Numbered from the stretch's first letter, positions 39,061-52,428 are shown. The stretch is DNA of 64,000 nucleotides from Chiloscyllium plagiosum (GCF_004010195.1 NC_057719.1:33520767-33584766), one strand, 5' to 3'. Numbers and translations are program-made. The notes: generated by a model not told the origin, from the sequence alone.

Positions 39061-41414
39061 TCTATTTTAACTTAATTTAATCTGTAATTATTCAAATTAG
39101 TCTCAGAAAAGTTGGAAAATCCTTATCACATCAGTCTGAGTTCCACACCTCCTTCAATGGCCTTGAGAGGCAAAAGAATATTTACTGACCCTTACTCAAT
39201 TACAAATAATTAACAGCTTTATGATATCTCTAATAATTTGCTCTTGAACAAATTTGAATGAACAGGAGATTTGACAGCTGACCCCAGGGCCTCAGCTGCT
39301 AAAACTAACCTTGGCCACTTGACAATAAATGTTGCTGCTAAACCTCCACTGGACAACTTATCAGCAAGCAATTAAATTTCCATCAGAGGTATAGTTCGGG
39401 CCAAATATTCAGTCTGGACTCTTGCCTGCTAATTCAGCCAAAACTCTTTAAAACCTTAGTTCAATAATATTACTTGCGAAACAGCTGAAGTTTTAAGGAC
39501 TCCTGAACCTACAAACTGAACTGCAATATTTTCCTTTTTATATCAGCTTCACTGCAATCAGAACTATTTTTTCACCCAGTGTGGCTGTGGTGTGAGCTTG
39601 GAGTCTCTGCTCACATATGTCAATAGTGAGAGCAAAACTGGTGAAATGATCCAGTAACTTTGAGTATAAGTGAGTTACACTTAAAATCACTCACATTTAT
39701 GTTTTGCATTATCTTTTATGCTGTTTCAAGATTTAGTTGATCCAAATCAGGCTCTAAATTTAAAACTCATCACACATACCATGTCAAATTTCAATCAGTC
39801 CACATTCATGCAGCAGAAAATTTCCATATGAAAAGCTCACATTAGGAAATAAACTTTGCCTCTATCAACAACAAGCACTTCCAAATATGGTGGACAAGTT
39901 TCTCTCTATCACATTCATGGAATTTAGGCAGAAGGCTTTGCAATTGACACTCACTTTACAGGTGCACAGGCATTAGTGGGCATATTTTAATATCTTTTCA
40001 TATCAAAAGAAGTTTTCTTCAAGACAGACTATTGGATGCCAAAATTATTAATGGGCTATTATTGTTCTTTGAAAGTCATTTTCAGTGATTTCAAATCAGG
40101 ATTTTAGTAGACACAATATTGTCACTGAAATGCCTAATTTTGCTGGAAACCTATTTCCTACTAATAAAATTGTGCTAGGTTACCACTCTTAAATACATCC
40201 AGGAATAGCTTCTGATGGGAAGTCAAACAAAATTAAATAATTACATTCCAGGTTGCAGTTCCACAGAGGTTTATGACAATGTCGATTGATTTTGTCAGAA
40301 ACTCTTGAATTATTATTGAGACTGTGTAATTTTAAATGCATTTCGGATGCAATTTCCTAATTGTGCTCAAGTGAAATCTTTAACTCTTTGTGTTTTGCAT
40401 TAGCAATTTGGCGTCGGTTATAACAGATTATGGATCAGTATGCTCATTGAAATGAACAAAGTGGAGATAGAATTGATTTAAATTTAAGAAGTCATGTTGG
40501 GAATTATGGTGGGTAGATATGGAGCGTTGTATGAATCACCTGCACCACAGCTCTCTGTACTATTACCAACTATAACGTAGATTTGCTGTTCTATCCTCTT
40601 TCAGGGCTGAGATCTATAAATCTGTTTGGTCCAGCGTAACAGAGCAATACCACCTCGGAATTTAATAAAAGGCTCTTGTCTTAAACCAGATGTATTTTAG
40701 TCCATATACACAAATTCTATGTCTCACTCCTTTGCAATCCTCAGCTACCAAGCACACATGTCAGAATAATAGTGGATCCTACTCAATACCCTCCTCAGCA
40801 TCGACATATTCAGACTTAAAACAGCCTTATACAATATGGAGGAATTGTACGACACTGATTGGGGAAAACAAGTCAACTACAATTACAAACATACAAGTGT
40901 CAGTTTGGCTTATGGAAACACTTTTAGCTGAGTCATACATTCAAGAGAGATACATGACTTTAGCAAATACTATTGTCATTCACAACAAGAACTAACCTTC
41001 ACTGAGCACCCAATTACTCCATTGACTTGACCTTCACTTTTTGATAATCCTATTAATTGTTTTGGGAGATTTTTCTCAAAAGAATTTGAATCTACAAGTT
41101 GACATCAAGTCAAATGAATCATTTAGAGAGAGGTTTCAAAGGGATCATCAAAAAAGCCATCCATTTTGAACAGGCTTTAAGGTTAATCTGAAAGTGTGAA
41201 GAGGCAGAGAATGTTGAGGAACAGTTTCCATATTGTACAGCCTATATAACCAAAACCAAAGGAAGAAAACTGTAGTAGAGGCTAAAGTAAGAGAGGAATG
41301 TTTGGGGATAGGTTTGAAGGTAGTGACAGAGAAAAAAAGGAGACAAGCCTATGAGAATTAGCCTGAAGAATGAATACGACAAATTTTCAAAGAGATGGGC
41401 TTGAAGTATTGCTT

Positions 41415-41855
41415 TAGATTAGATTACCTGTAGTATGGAAACAGGCTATTTGGCCCAACAAGTCAACACCAACCTTCTGAAGACCCTTTCCCCTACCCTA
41501 TATTTACCCCATCAAACAAACCTAACACTATGGGTAATTTAGCATGGCCAATTCATCTAAACTGCACATCTTTGGATTGTGGGAGAAAACCGGAGCATCC
41601 GCATCCCATTTCCATTGACTTCCTTGGATAATCTGAGATTAAGGCAATCATTTGAAACCTTAGTGTCAACTTTTTCAATCTCAGGAGGTGCCTCCAAGCT
41701 CATCTCGATGCCTTGACTAAGACTGTCTATCTCCATAAATTGCAATGTATTAGGGAGAACATGCAAACTCCACACAGTCACCTGAGGTAGCAATCGAACC
41801 CAGGTCCCTGGCACTATGACATAGCAGCACTAACCACTGAGCCACCGTGCCACCC
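41415..41855 (-). mobile_element. HE1-like SINE carrying a 142 bp foreign insert
   Basis: SINE sequence stops at ccggagcatccg (41601) and resumes at gggagaacatgcaaactcc (41753). Confidence 0.92.
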
Positions 41856-42471
41856 AAAAGATTAAAGCAAGGCAAGGAGGTTTAGTGATATGGAGAGGGC
41901 TGAGCTTGGAGTCTAGGCAACTGTAAGTGCAACCCACCAGTGATGGAGAGATTAACATCGGGGATTCATCCAAAGACAGAATTCAAAAGGCATGGATGTA
42001 TCATGCAGGATTGTGGAGCTGGAACAGATTGAGAAGTACGATTTCACAAAATAATTTGAAAACAAGGATCAGAATTTTAAATTATTCTCACCAGGACTGA
42101 AATGTAGGTCAATGAGCACAGGGATGATAGGTGAATGAAATTTTCTCCGAGTTATGAAATGGAGAGCAGAGTTTTAGACACTCAGGCTTATCAATGGTAG
42201 AATAGGAATAAAAAAGTTGAAAAAGCCTAATTAAGGGCTTTAGCAAATGAGCTGAAAATGAGGGTAAGTTTTTCATAGTTATTTATGGAGAAAACCTTGA
42301 AATAAATCTGCAGATTTAAAACTTCACACTTGCAATTTATGGAGATAGACAGTCTTAGTCAAGGCATCAAGATGAGCTTGGAGGCACCTCCTGAGATTGA
42401 AAAAGGTGACACTAAGGTTTCAAATGATTGCCTTAATCTCAGATTATCCAAGGAAGTCAATGGAAATGGGA
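41604..42471. repeat. 142 bp inverted repeat (41604-41745 / 42330-42471), 584 bp spacer
   Basis: Direct comparison, 2 mismatches seen; same peptide appears in ORFs 41557-41814(-) and 42330-42668(+). Confidence 0.95.
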
Positions 42472-43591
42472 ACCAAAACAATGGGCTGGGATTTTCTGAT
42501 TTTTCAGGAAGTTTCACTGCTGGTGTCCAGTCCTGGTTCACAACAATTTTCAAACACACCTTCTGCTGCTCAGTTCAATTTAAACAACTGGCTTCTTTAG
42601 TGTCATTTTCATGGAATCAAGTGGCAGGAGACGTGACATTCCTCCACTGTCAGGACCTTCAAGCATAGAAGCCCAATGATACATCCTGTTTAGATGCATG
42701 TAGGTTTCTAGGCACAATGTGACCTGACAAGCGCGTACAAATCAAGGATAGTCCTGAGCTGCAAAGTGAAGTCCAGAAGGGCTGAAGTGGATTCTGAAGT
42801 TGGTTCAAGATCAGTCATGATACTGTGGTGAGTTTGCCAATGCCAACTTCAACAGACAAAGAGTGGAGGGGGACATGGACTATAAGCAATTAAGGACATT
42901 TGAGAGAAGGAACATTAAAGTGAAGGGAAGTGATGAGCTGCCTCTGCCCAGGTAACCACACTGACTTTCAAGTCAAGAATTGTGAACATCTAGTTTCTTG
43001 GGAGAAGATAGAAGAATTGCAAATAGATGCTGATAGGGGTATTGACAAGACACAAAAGCATGGAAAATAAAGCAATAGTTGCTCAATGAGATCTTGTCCT
43101 GAAATCTTTAAGGGAGAAGCAGAGTTTAATTCTCAATGTCACAGACTTTTTTTTTCATTCTTGTTGTATTTTCCAACATTTGTCACCATTTCCCATGTTG
43201 ACTAAGGCCTGGGAGTATTCCAACCAATGGCTTCAGTTTGTCACTATTTAATTGGAGGAAATTTGTGCTCATCTGATATTGGATGTCAGATGAACAGTCT
43301 AATCATTATCAATAGTGCAGGAATAAAGACAGATTGTCTTGAAATGGACAATATTTACTCCTAAACTTATAACAAAAGCAGATTTTTAAAAATATTTCTG
43401 GAACCCCAATGTGGGGAAATTAATTGACACCATTTTGCTACATTACACAGTGACAATACTTCCAAAGTAGCGAAAGCTGTATAGCATGCTCTGATAAATT
43501 GAGCCACAGTACAAATGCATTTTTTTCCCTGTTCTTTATGGAGGAAACCTTGAAATAAATTTGCAGATTTAAAGATTCACATTTGCAATTT
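42282..43591 (+). repeat. ~57 bp imperfect direct repeat (42282-42338 / 43535-43591)
   Basis: tttatggagaaaaccttgaaataaatctgcagatttaaaacttcacacttgcaattt vs tttatggaggaaaccttgaaataaatttgcagatttaaagattcacatttgcaattt. Confidence 0.9.
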
Positions 43592-44571
43592 GTTCAAAGA
43601 AAGTGGTTCAGGGAACAGCAAATAAGCAACTTGAGTTTGATGTAGTTGCAAAATGCCATTAATAAACATTAAAAAAACACTTTAGTTTGTTACGAATTTT
43701 ATAATTATTCATTCAATTCAGCAGTTAGAACTACTAATCAAATTTGATGAACAACTTGATATTTTTGTCCCCCAGCAGGAACAACAACATTTTACATAGA
43801 TACAGAACAATTTATTAATAAAAATAATGTCTTACCTGTGGTAGCCATGCACCTTCTGCCTGAAGGATAGTATACATGCAGGGATGGGATCAACCCAGCA
43901 TTATCTCCTGATACATACTATCAGGTTAACTTAGATAGATGACTTTGGGTGGCCCTGGGTCACTTTTATGCTGTCATCAATGATATATTATAGATTAGCA
44001 ACATACCAATATAGAGAAGATTCCTTAGTGACCTGTGAACATATCTGATTAGATGAAAAATGGTCTTGAACCTGCAAGACATTCAGCATTTTAAATCATT
44101 TTTAAAGCTCCACTTTCCCCAATGGGACCTTGTTCCAATTAAAGTAGAGGAATTGATGGAACGTGCCGTTAACTTCAAGGAGTTCTTTGACTCGGGTTCA
44201 CTCTCAATGTGTCTCAGATTCCTGCATTAATAATTTACATTTATAAATTACATTAGCATTCTGCATGTAAAAGATTATTTCAATATAATTCACTTGAAGA
44301 GGAAAGGGAGAAGAAGCTGATCACATGATAAAAGAGTTAGGTTTTAGGAAACATTTGAAGATAGGAATAGAGCTATTTCATGCAAATGGTTTAAGAAGTG
44401 AATTCTGTTCATTGCACATTTAATGGTGTTAGCCTAACTTTTGACAGTAGAGAACATTAATGTTCAAAGTACCATAATGTTATTTAAAAGCAGAAATCAA
44501 GAACTTCACACCACAATAATTGTGTGGTATGCAAGGTAAAGAGGTTTGATTAGAGAGTATCACATCATAAT

Positions 44572-45770
44572 AATTCGCTGTAACAATTATTTACAACGAC
44601 TTGGATGCAGGGATAGAAGGCACTATAGCCAAAGTTGCAAATGAAACTGAAATAGGTGAGAAAGGAAGCTGTAATAAAGAAACAAAAAGAATTACAAGTG
44701 GAAATGGATAGGTTAGGCAAATGATCCAAAATTTAGCAGATGGAGTTTAATATGAATGCATGAGGTTATCTAATTTGCTTGGAAGAATAGAAAGGCAACT
44801 TATCTGAATGGATAGCAACTTCAAAGTGTTTTGGTGTAGAGGGATATGAATGTCTTTGTGCATGAATCACAAAACTAGTACGCAAGTACAGCAGATACTA
44901 AGGAAAGTAAATAGAATTTTGTTACTTATTGTTAAAGGAATGTTAAAGGAGAAGTGTTGCTGCAACTGTATAAGGCAATAATGAGACTGCAGCTGGAGTA
45001 TTTCACAGAATCCCTACAGTGTGGAAACAGGCCATTTGGCCGACCGAGTCCACACCAACCCTCTGAAGAGTAACCCACCCAGACCCATTCCCCTAACCTA
45101 TTACTCTATATTATACCGCTGACTATTGCACTAACCTATACATCCCTGAACATCTCTGGGCAATTTAGCATGACCAATTCACCTAAACTGGTTCAGAGGA
45201 GACACGGGGAGAATGTGCAAACTCCACACAGACAGTCGTCAGAGACTGGAATTGAACCCGGGTTCGTGGCACTGTGTGGCAGCAGTGCTAAGCATTGAAC
45301 GATTGTATTGGAGGTTCATTAACTCAATTCGAGATGTGAGAGTTTTGTCTTATGAAGAGAGTCTGAAAGGTGTACTCTGTCGAGTTTAGACAAATGAGCA
45401 GAAATTTAATTGACTTGTACAATTTACTAAAGGGAAATGACAATGTGGATGTAGAAAGGGTGTTTTCTCATGGGGGAAAATCTAGAATGAGAGGTCATAG
45501 TTTTAGGATAAGGGGTTGAAGATTTAAAACAGATGAGGAGGAATTACTTCGCTCAAAGGGTGGTGAATCTCTGGAATTCACTATTCCAAGTGCACAGGAT
45601 GCTGGCACACTGAGTAAATGTGAGGAGGAGGTAAACACATTTTTAATTAATTGGTTGAAGAGTCATGGAGAGCAGAAGAGTGGAGTTGAGACTGAGATGG
45701 GTCAGCCACAATCATAACGAATAGTAGAGCAGGCTGAAGAGTGTGAAATGGCCAATCCTGCGCCTAGCTT
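44572..45770 (+). mobile_element. Old CR1 LINE 3' portion interrupted by a SINE
   Basis: NDLDAGIEGTIAKVANETEIG (degenerate FADD region), RRNYFAQRVVNLWNSL remnants. Confidence 0.85.
45005..45300 (-). mobile_element. HE1-like SINE
   Basis: tacagtgtggaaacaggcc tail and gaattgaacccggg...gcagcagtgcta head. Confidence 0.9.
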
Positions 45771-46769
45771 AGTTATAAGTGTCAGTAAAAGCAAGAACAG
45801 AAAGTTGGAAGAGTTAAACAGAAAATATTAATAAATAGTTTCAAATTCATTTTGTGATTGAAAAATAGGATGTAGTTGAGGCAAGTAGCATAAATTCATT
45901 TAAAAAGAAAAAGATAAGTACATGAGAGGGCAAGTAGTAAAAAGAGCAAATATTCCAATCTATATTTGAAAGAAAGAAAGTGTTCAAGAAAAGCATTGCC
46001 ACATATTAGAAAAGTATTCCCTAAATACAGATGTTCATTCTTTTTGTTCAAATTACCTAACCCATTGAGAAAAGGTATGCATTTCCTGGAGCACCACTAA
46101 GGTCTGTCTACAGCTGACCAGGGTTTAGCTTACAATATATTACCATGACAAAACACTCCCTTCTAGTAAATTTCTTGACAAGTTTCATTTCAATAGAAAA
46201 ACCTACAACTATCCCATTCCCAGTCTCCTCTGGTCAATGATTTTCACATTAAAGACTCTTCCCCAAACTCCTTTCCAACATGATTGAAAAGCCACTTCTA
46301 CACTGGGAAATGTTGGTAATCAGGAATTATTTCACTGCTGTTCACAAAGCTACATCTTTGATAATTGTCTCATCCTGCACCACTGCTTTGCTGAGAAGAT
46401 GCCTTGATAGAATACACTTATCTGCAGTGGGCTGGGGAAAAAAAGGACTCATTGTTCTATTAGGATAAAATTGTAATTAAAGAAATTTACTGATTATTTT
46501 GCAAGACAAAACATAGTGAGTCAACATAACAAATTGCAAGATTTTTTGTCAAACTGAATCATCAATACAATTAGATTGGTGCTCTGCTTCTCAATCAGGA
46601 CATTATTTTAATTATTCCAGTCAATGAGGTGGCACAATACATCCCAAGCACCTTTTAGGCACTTTTTGTATCAGCCTATGAACAATTCTTTAGGACTGTC
46701 TTTGTTAACACTGCAACTACAAAGTCACATTCCCAGAATGCGTCAGCTCCAAGGCAATTACCTGCATCA

Positions 46770-47650
46770 AATTCATTGCAAGAGGATTTGAGTATAACGT
46801 TTGGTGTATGGAGACTTGCTCCAATTGTATAGGAGCTTTGTTAGACCACACCTGGACTACTGTGTGCATTTTTATTGTAGGAAAGGTATCATTGTCATAG
46901 AAGGAGCATGACAAAGGTTTGCCAGACTTCTTGCCAAGATGACAGGATTGTCCTTTGAAGATTGAGCAAACTGGGCCTTTATTCTTCTCGAGCTTTGAAG
47001 AATGAGAACATTGAAACTTACAAAATAAGTAAAGGGATAGACATGGTACATATGTAAAAGAGGTTTCCCCTGATTGGGGAGTCAAGAATCAGGGGCACAA
47101 TTTAAATGAAAGGGCGATGCTACTTAGGCTCGAGATCAGGGAATTTTTATTTTTACTGAGAATGCTGTGAACTTTTGGATTTCCTTACCACAGAGGCTGT
47201 GGAAATTTAGTCTTTGAGTAGAGATTGATGGATTTCTGATTGCAGTGGTGTGTAGTCTTATCAAGATGGAGCGAGTAAAATATATTGAAGGGTTTGTGAT
47301 TTTTGAGAAGATTTGTAGATCAGGTTGAGGTTCAGGTTGTACGTTTGCTTGCTGAGTTGGAGGGTTTGCATTCAGATGTCTTGTCAACATGCTAGGTAAT
47401 GTCATCAGTCAGCCTCTGATGAAGCACTGGGTTCTGTCCAGTTTTCTATTTGTGTGTCTTTGTCTGTTAAGGTGGGTGACATTATTTCCGGTTCTTTTAT
47501 CGGAGGTTGGTAAATGGTGATGATGTTACCTAGAATGGTGATGAAACATCTGCAAACAAACCTTCCAGCTCAGTGAGCAAAATTACAAACAAGTATTGAA
47601 TGTTGATCAGCCATGACCATATTGCAAGCTCAGTTGGCTGTATGGCACTG
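46770..47650 (+). mobile_element. Old CR1 LINE 3' portion interrupted by a PLE
   Basis: tataggagctttgttagaccacacctggactactgtgtgcattt (YRSFVRPHLDYCVHF); resumes at ~47592. Confidence 0.8.
47298..47590. mobile_element. Fold-back Penelope-like insertion (family 4)
   Basis: ttgctgagttggagggtttgcattcagatgtcttgtcaacatgctaggtaatgtcatca inverted to tgatgatgttacctagaatggtgatgaaacatctgcaaacaaaccttccagctcagtga. Confidence 0.75.
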
Positions 47651-47864
47651 ACGTGGTTCTATGGTCCGAGACTACTATGATGCCCAATGAACATTGTGTT
47701 CCCTTCAGGTGGTGTACAGTTTAGAAAGAAAGGCTGAGAAAAGTGAAACATTTAAGTGCTTGGTACCAGAAGCAGACAAGTTTATCTGTCTAAGAATGCC
47801 TTTGCTAATGGCCATTTGCTTTGTTTGAATTGAATAATCCAAGCACCTTTTGAAAACTGTGCAT

Positions 47865-48191
47865 TAGATTAGATTACATTACATTACATTACATTACAGT
47901 GTGGAAACAGGCCCTTTGGCACAACAAGTCCATACCGACCCGCCGAAGCGCAACCCACTCATACCCCTACATTTACCCCTTACGTAACACTACGGGCAAT
48001 TTAGCATGGCCAATTCACCTGACCTGCACATCTTTGGACTGTGGGAGGAAACCGGAGCACCCTGAGGAAACCCACGCAGACACGGGGAGAACGTGCAAAC
48101 TCCACACAGTCAGTCGCCTGAGGCGGGAATTGAACCCGGGTCTCTGGCGCTGTGAGGCAGCAGTGCTAGCCACTGTGCCACCGTGCCGCCC
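47865..48191 (-). mobile_element. HE1-like SINE, very young (CpG-rich)
   Basis: Minus head gggcggcacggtggcacagtggctagcactgctgcctcacagcgcc..gggttcaattccc with Pol III A/B-box-like motifs; (ttaca)n/(ttaga)n tail at 47864-47898. Confidence 0.96.
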
Positions 48192-49499
48192 ACAAATTAA
48201 AATTGGATCACAACAGCTACTGCATATCAAAAAAAATTTCATATGTTATACACTGTTTTACATTATCGAGAGGTAATGAAAGGTTCTATGGAAATTCCTG
48301 TTCTTTAGGCAAGGAAAGAACTACTACAAAATACAGCTTCCAGCTTCCTGGAAACTTCCCACTGGACCAAGAGTTACTCACTAACAAAATCTAAAATTCA
48401 CCAGATACTAGACACAAAAAACACACTCCAAACATCCTACAGATGACGACCACTTACACGCACTTATATGGTACGCTGTTCACACTACACTACCATGAGA
48501 TAGATTTACAATTGATATAGACTTTCCTTCTGCTGATTGCTCTGATTCTTGGTATGAACTCCAAGCTCAATCTTCCACTGTGGCTCTCAAATCCTAGGCA
48601 ATACTGCTTCAATGGTAGAACCCTATTGCATGGTCTGAATAATACTCTGAGAATCAGGCACTGGAAGAGTTTACTAACATTACAAGATAAGCTCCACCCA
48701 TTCGGATATAAAGTACTGCTGCTGGGAGGTGCTACAGCTTTTCTCCACATGTTCTCTTTTAGTCCTTCAACACTGAGTTTTTGTTATCTGCACTGGGTAG
48801 GGGCATGGACCTCAGCTCGACAGAACTAAAACAAGGATTGTGCTAGGATAGAAATTCCTATCTACAAGGCTGAGCAATTTGTCAAAACCTTTCAATGACA
48901 GAAAAAAATTCCGCCTGGGATTGACCTCATGAGTGCACGAATTGGTGGATAGTGAAGCTGTGAAGAACGAGCAGTGAGTGTAGTGCTTTAAATGATTGCT
49001 ACCAATACTGTTTAATGCAGTTATCTGTTCTTGCTGCTAAGTTGAGACTGATACCTCACCAGAGAATATCAAGCATCTCTAATGTAATGTGACTAGCTAT
49101 TAAGCAATAAACTTATTTTCTATTCATCAAGATTGAGCCAATATTCTACCTAACCCTTCCCCACACGATATCAGTAACTTAACAGATTAATAAGGATTGG
49201 TAGCAGTGGATCTACCCGAGATATCCCAAATGACAGTCCCACCTTTTTAACAAAGTGGGGTCACTCATGGGAAGTTTAGGAGTTCAGAAACCAAAGTTTC
49301 TGTAAGCTAGAGCAAGTACTATATTCAAAGCCAGGGAAGCTGTAATGGGGTAGGAGACAATTAAAGAGAGTATTTAAGAGGGAGGGTAGGTCAAGAGTTC
49401 CAATTGAGCTTTCTGTGTTTCAATTGAGCTTTCTCCACTGACTTCACATTGATCTATCAATATATCCTTTCATTATCGGCTAGTGGCCATAAATATAAG

Positions 49500-49597
49500 A
49501 ATCACACAACATCAGGTTATAGTCCTGCCTATAAACCTGGTGTTGTGTGATTTTTACCATTGTCCAGCCCAGTCCAACACCAGCACCTCCACATCAT
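49500..49597. mobile_element. Very short fold-back PLE terminus (family 3)
   Basis: aatcacacaacatcaggttatag / ctataaacctggtgttgtgtgatt hairpin followed by agtccaacacc, as at 61095-61150. Confidence 0.75.
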
Positions 49598-49878
49598 AAA
49601 TGCAAGTCTCATTGAAAACTATGAAAAAGAATTCGAGGAACTTATTTTCGTAGACTGTGGTTGAAATGCATCACACACCATAACAGTTGTTAGGGGCAAT
49701 ACTTTCAATGAATGCAAGATGGAGACAGAAATGGAGGGTTAAATGAAATAGTGTGGGAGGTGATTTGCATGGAATGCTGGCAACCACCTGCTGGGCTGAA
49801 TGGCTTTTTTTTGCAAATATGATGCAAATACGTATCTAGCTCCTAGAGGGCTGGGGGAATGACAGGTGTGGGATAGAG

Positions 49879-50080
49879 CTGAAAATGTGTTGCTGGAAAA
49901 GCGCAGCAGGTCAGGCAGCATCCAGGGAACAGGAGAATCGATGTTTCGGGCATAAGCCCTTCTTCAGGAATCGCGAAACGTCGATTCTCCTGTTCCCTGG
50001 ATGCTGCCTGACCTGCTGCGCTTTTCCAGCAACACATTTTCAGCTCTGATCTCCAGCATCTGCAGTCCTCACTTTCTCCC
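49879..50080. mobile_element. Fold-back Penelope-like insertion (family 1), young
   Basis: ~72 bp near-perfect inverted arms; 16 bp duplication caggtgtgggatagag at 49863-49878 and 50081-50096. Confidence 0.92.
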
Positions 50081-52428
50081 CAGGTGTGGGATAGAGTTAG
50101 ACTTCGAATTCAAAGACTACCATTACATTTCCACTTTCTCAGTGAACAAGGGACTGCTGTTGCCACAAACTGCTAAAATGATTGTATGTACTTATGTCTC
50201 AAATTGTGAAGAACCCACAAGCTCCTGACTATAATTATCACGATCATGCTCCTGGGGAGCAGGTAATTTGGAATGTCATATCTGCTGCTTTGATTTTCTA
50301 TCCACTGATTGTGATGGATGTGAAATGAAACCTTAGAGAAGGATGAGAATATTGTCACAATATTAGTGTTTCTACATTGTCAGCTCATTTGAAGCTGTTG
50401 ACAAGCTTTTGCCAGTTTTTCATATCAGGTACATTAAAACGGCAAACAGAGACACCTGCCTTTGATCTTGTGCATTTGGTTAAGACTGCCAACAGTTTGT
50501 GCCAATTGTTTTGCTTTTGAGAGGGCACAGAAAGGAGAATGCAATTGGCAAAAGGCACATTTGGCATTGGTACCTCCATTTCTAAATTGAGTACTTCAAA
50601 ATTACATGTTCAGAATTCATTAAAAAACATTTTTTCCACAGAAATTCTGATCACTGAACAACACAGGCAGAATCTGAATGAAATGGACAACAGTGAGAAA
50701 TGTGCAAGGTCCAGTGATGCCCATTTTAATGTTAAGAGATTTTCACTACATCTTTTAACTAAGTTCCAGGCATTTAATAAAGAGTTGCCTATTAAAGGAA
50801 AATTAGTGCATGTTAACAATCTAATTAAGTACTCAGCTCACTTCATTAATATTCAGTTTCCTATCTTACCATCATAGCAAAAAAAATGACAAAGTTTAGA
50901 CAAAGGCAAGCAGAGCAGGTACTTTTGACTTCAGTTCACCACTGACCACAGAGTATCCATGTTGTTTGCCATGCAACAGCATCCCAGGGATGAGCCACAG
51001 GCACCAGCCGCATGCATTTCCAAGGCAGGTGGTATCTGATAATTGCCAACTCCTCAGGATCCTCATAGCACCTCTCTGGTCCTCTTGCAGGAAACTTACA
51101 CCATCGGGTGGACAAGCAACTAACATTTGAAAAGCTGCTGCAGGGTCACAGTATGCAGGAACAGATCCCAGTTTGCCAGTGGCTCGGCCGCATCTCAGGG
51201 CTGCTCAATTGGCACTCACACACTGAGCACTTGCCCACATTCATACAACATCTCTATTTTGCTGTGCAATGGATGTTAGTGCCTTCAGTCAGAGGTTAAA
51301 GGCTATTGTACTGCTGTGCACATGAGCTTTCAGTACAGTCTCTCTCTGAGAAGGCGGGCAGGTTGGTTGTCATCAGGCTATGGTCAAAAGGGGTGCTGCT
51401 TTCAGTCAAGAGATCCCAATTTCATCACTTCTCACTCACAGTCCATTGGCTACTCAAAGTTGGTCAGAGCTCTGGGGCAAATTCAATCCAGTTGGGGGGG
51501 GGGGCCAGGAAAGAATGGGTTTGGTGCTAAAGAAGGGTGGAGGAGATCGAGAAAAGCATCAAGAATCCAAAGACACTAACTATAACTGGAAAATGGCTTG
51601 AATAAATGGGCAGACTGTCCGTTTAATGCGTATATTCGCAAAAACTGGAGATCCATGTCTGCTGCAGGCTAGAATATTGAAGGTGCAAATCCATGAAACA
51701 TGTAAACTGAAGCCACATTATATTTACAACCATTTCATAGTCCATTTGGAATGCATGTAGAGTGAACATTCTTTGGGTTCAAATGTAGGTCAAAGCTGAT
51801 TTGCACCTTGCCATTAGTCCCAGCAAATTGAATATTGTCTTTAATTCCTGCTTCATGAGAAACCAATGATTTAAGGAGATGAATGAGGGCCAAAAATGAG
51901 CAAGGTGTTGCAGGAGGCAAGGCAAATGCTTCATCATCTGTATTGTATTATAATGGACTATGATGGTGAGTTATGGTTGGAGTGGGTCTGGGATGGGGAA
52001 CAAGTTTTGATGAAGTGTATTGGTCATGCAATCAGTGTACAGCCTTCACATTGTTGAGGCTGAAGCTGAATGAATGAAGAAATAGTCCTCATTATTGGGC
52101 TTCTACATGCCTCACTGTGGGCAGCCCTCACCTGCAGGATATTTCACAACTGACTATTCTCAGAGTTAAAACCTGCTTGACTCCCTACATTGCCAGTTGA
52201 AGGCAGATGCACAATGGCCAGGGCTGATGACAAGTCTAGGAGGAAGAGGAGCTTGCTGCTCAGCTATCACAACCACAGGGTCAACATCACAGGACGTGAC
52301 TGGTCTACAGGACCCCTGCAGATGATCAAGGTGCATATCAGCATAGGCTCTGCATGTCCCCAGACACACAAAGATGGCTCAGTGCCAGGGGTATATGTGT
52401 CTGTCTGTCTGTGTGTGTGTACGTCCGT

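Noticed and set aside
43836..44071. Full 236 nt segment between cttgcag| and |gtaaga as a coding exon
   Set aside because: All three frames have stops; only a shorter internal or non-coding exon is possible
48100..48191. tRNA-like A/B boxes here and in other SINE heads
   Set aside because: Part of SINEs, no complete cloverleaf; not tRNA genes
49401..49434. caattgagctttct repeated at 20 bp spacing
   Set aside because: Two copies only; ordinary slippage duplication, not a CRISPR-like array
50385..51600. Cluster of overlapping ORFs in higher-GC sequence upstream of the Harbinger fossil
   Set aside because: Could be more decayed transposon, but no motif could be read with confidence
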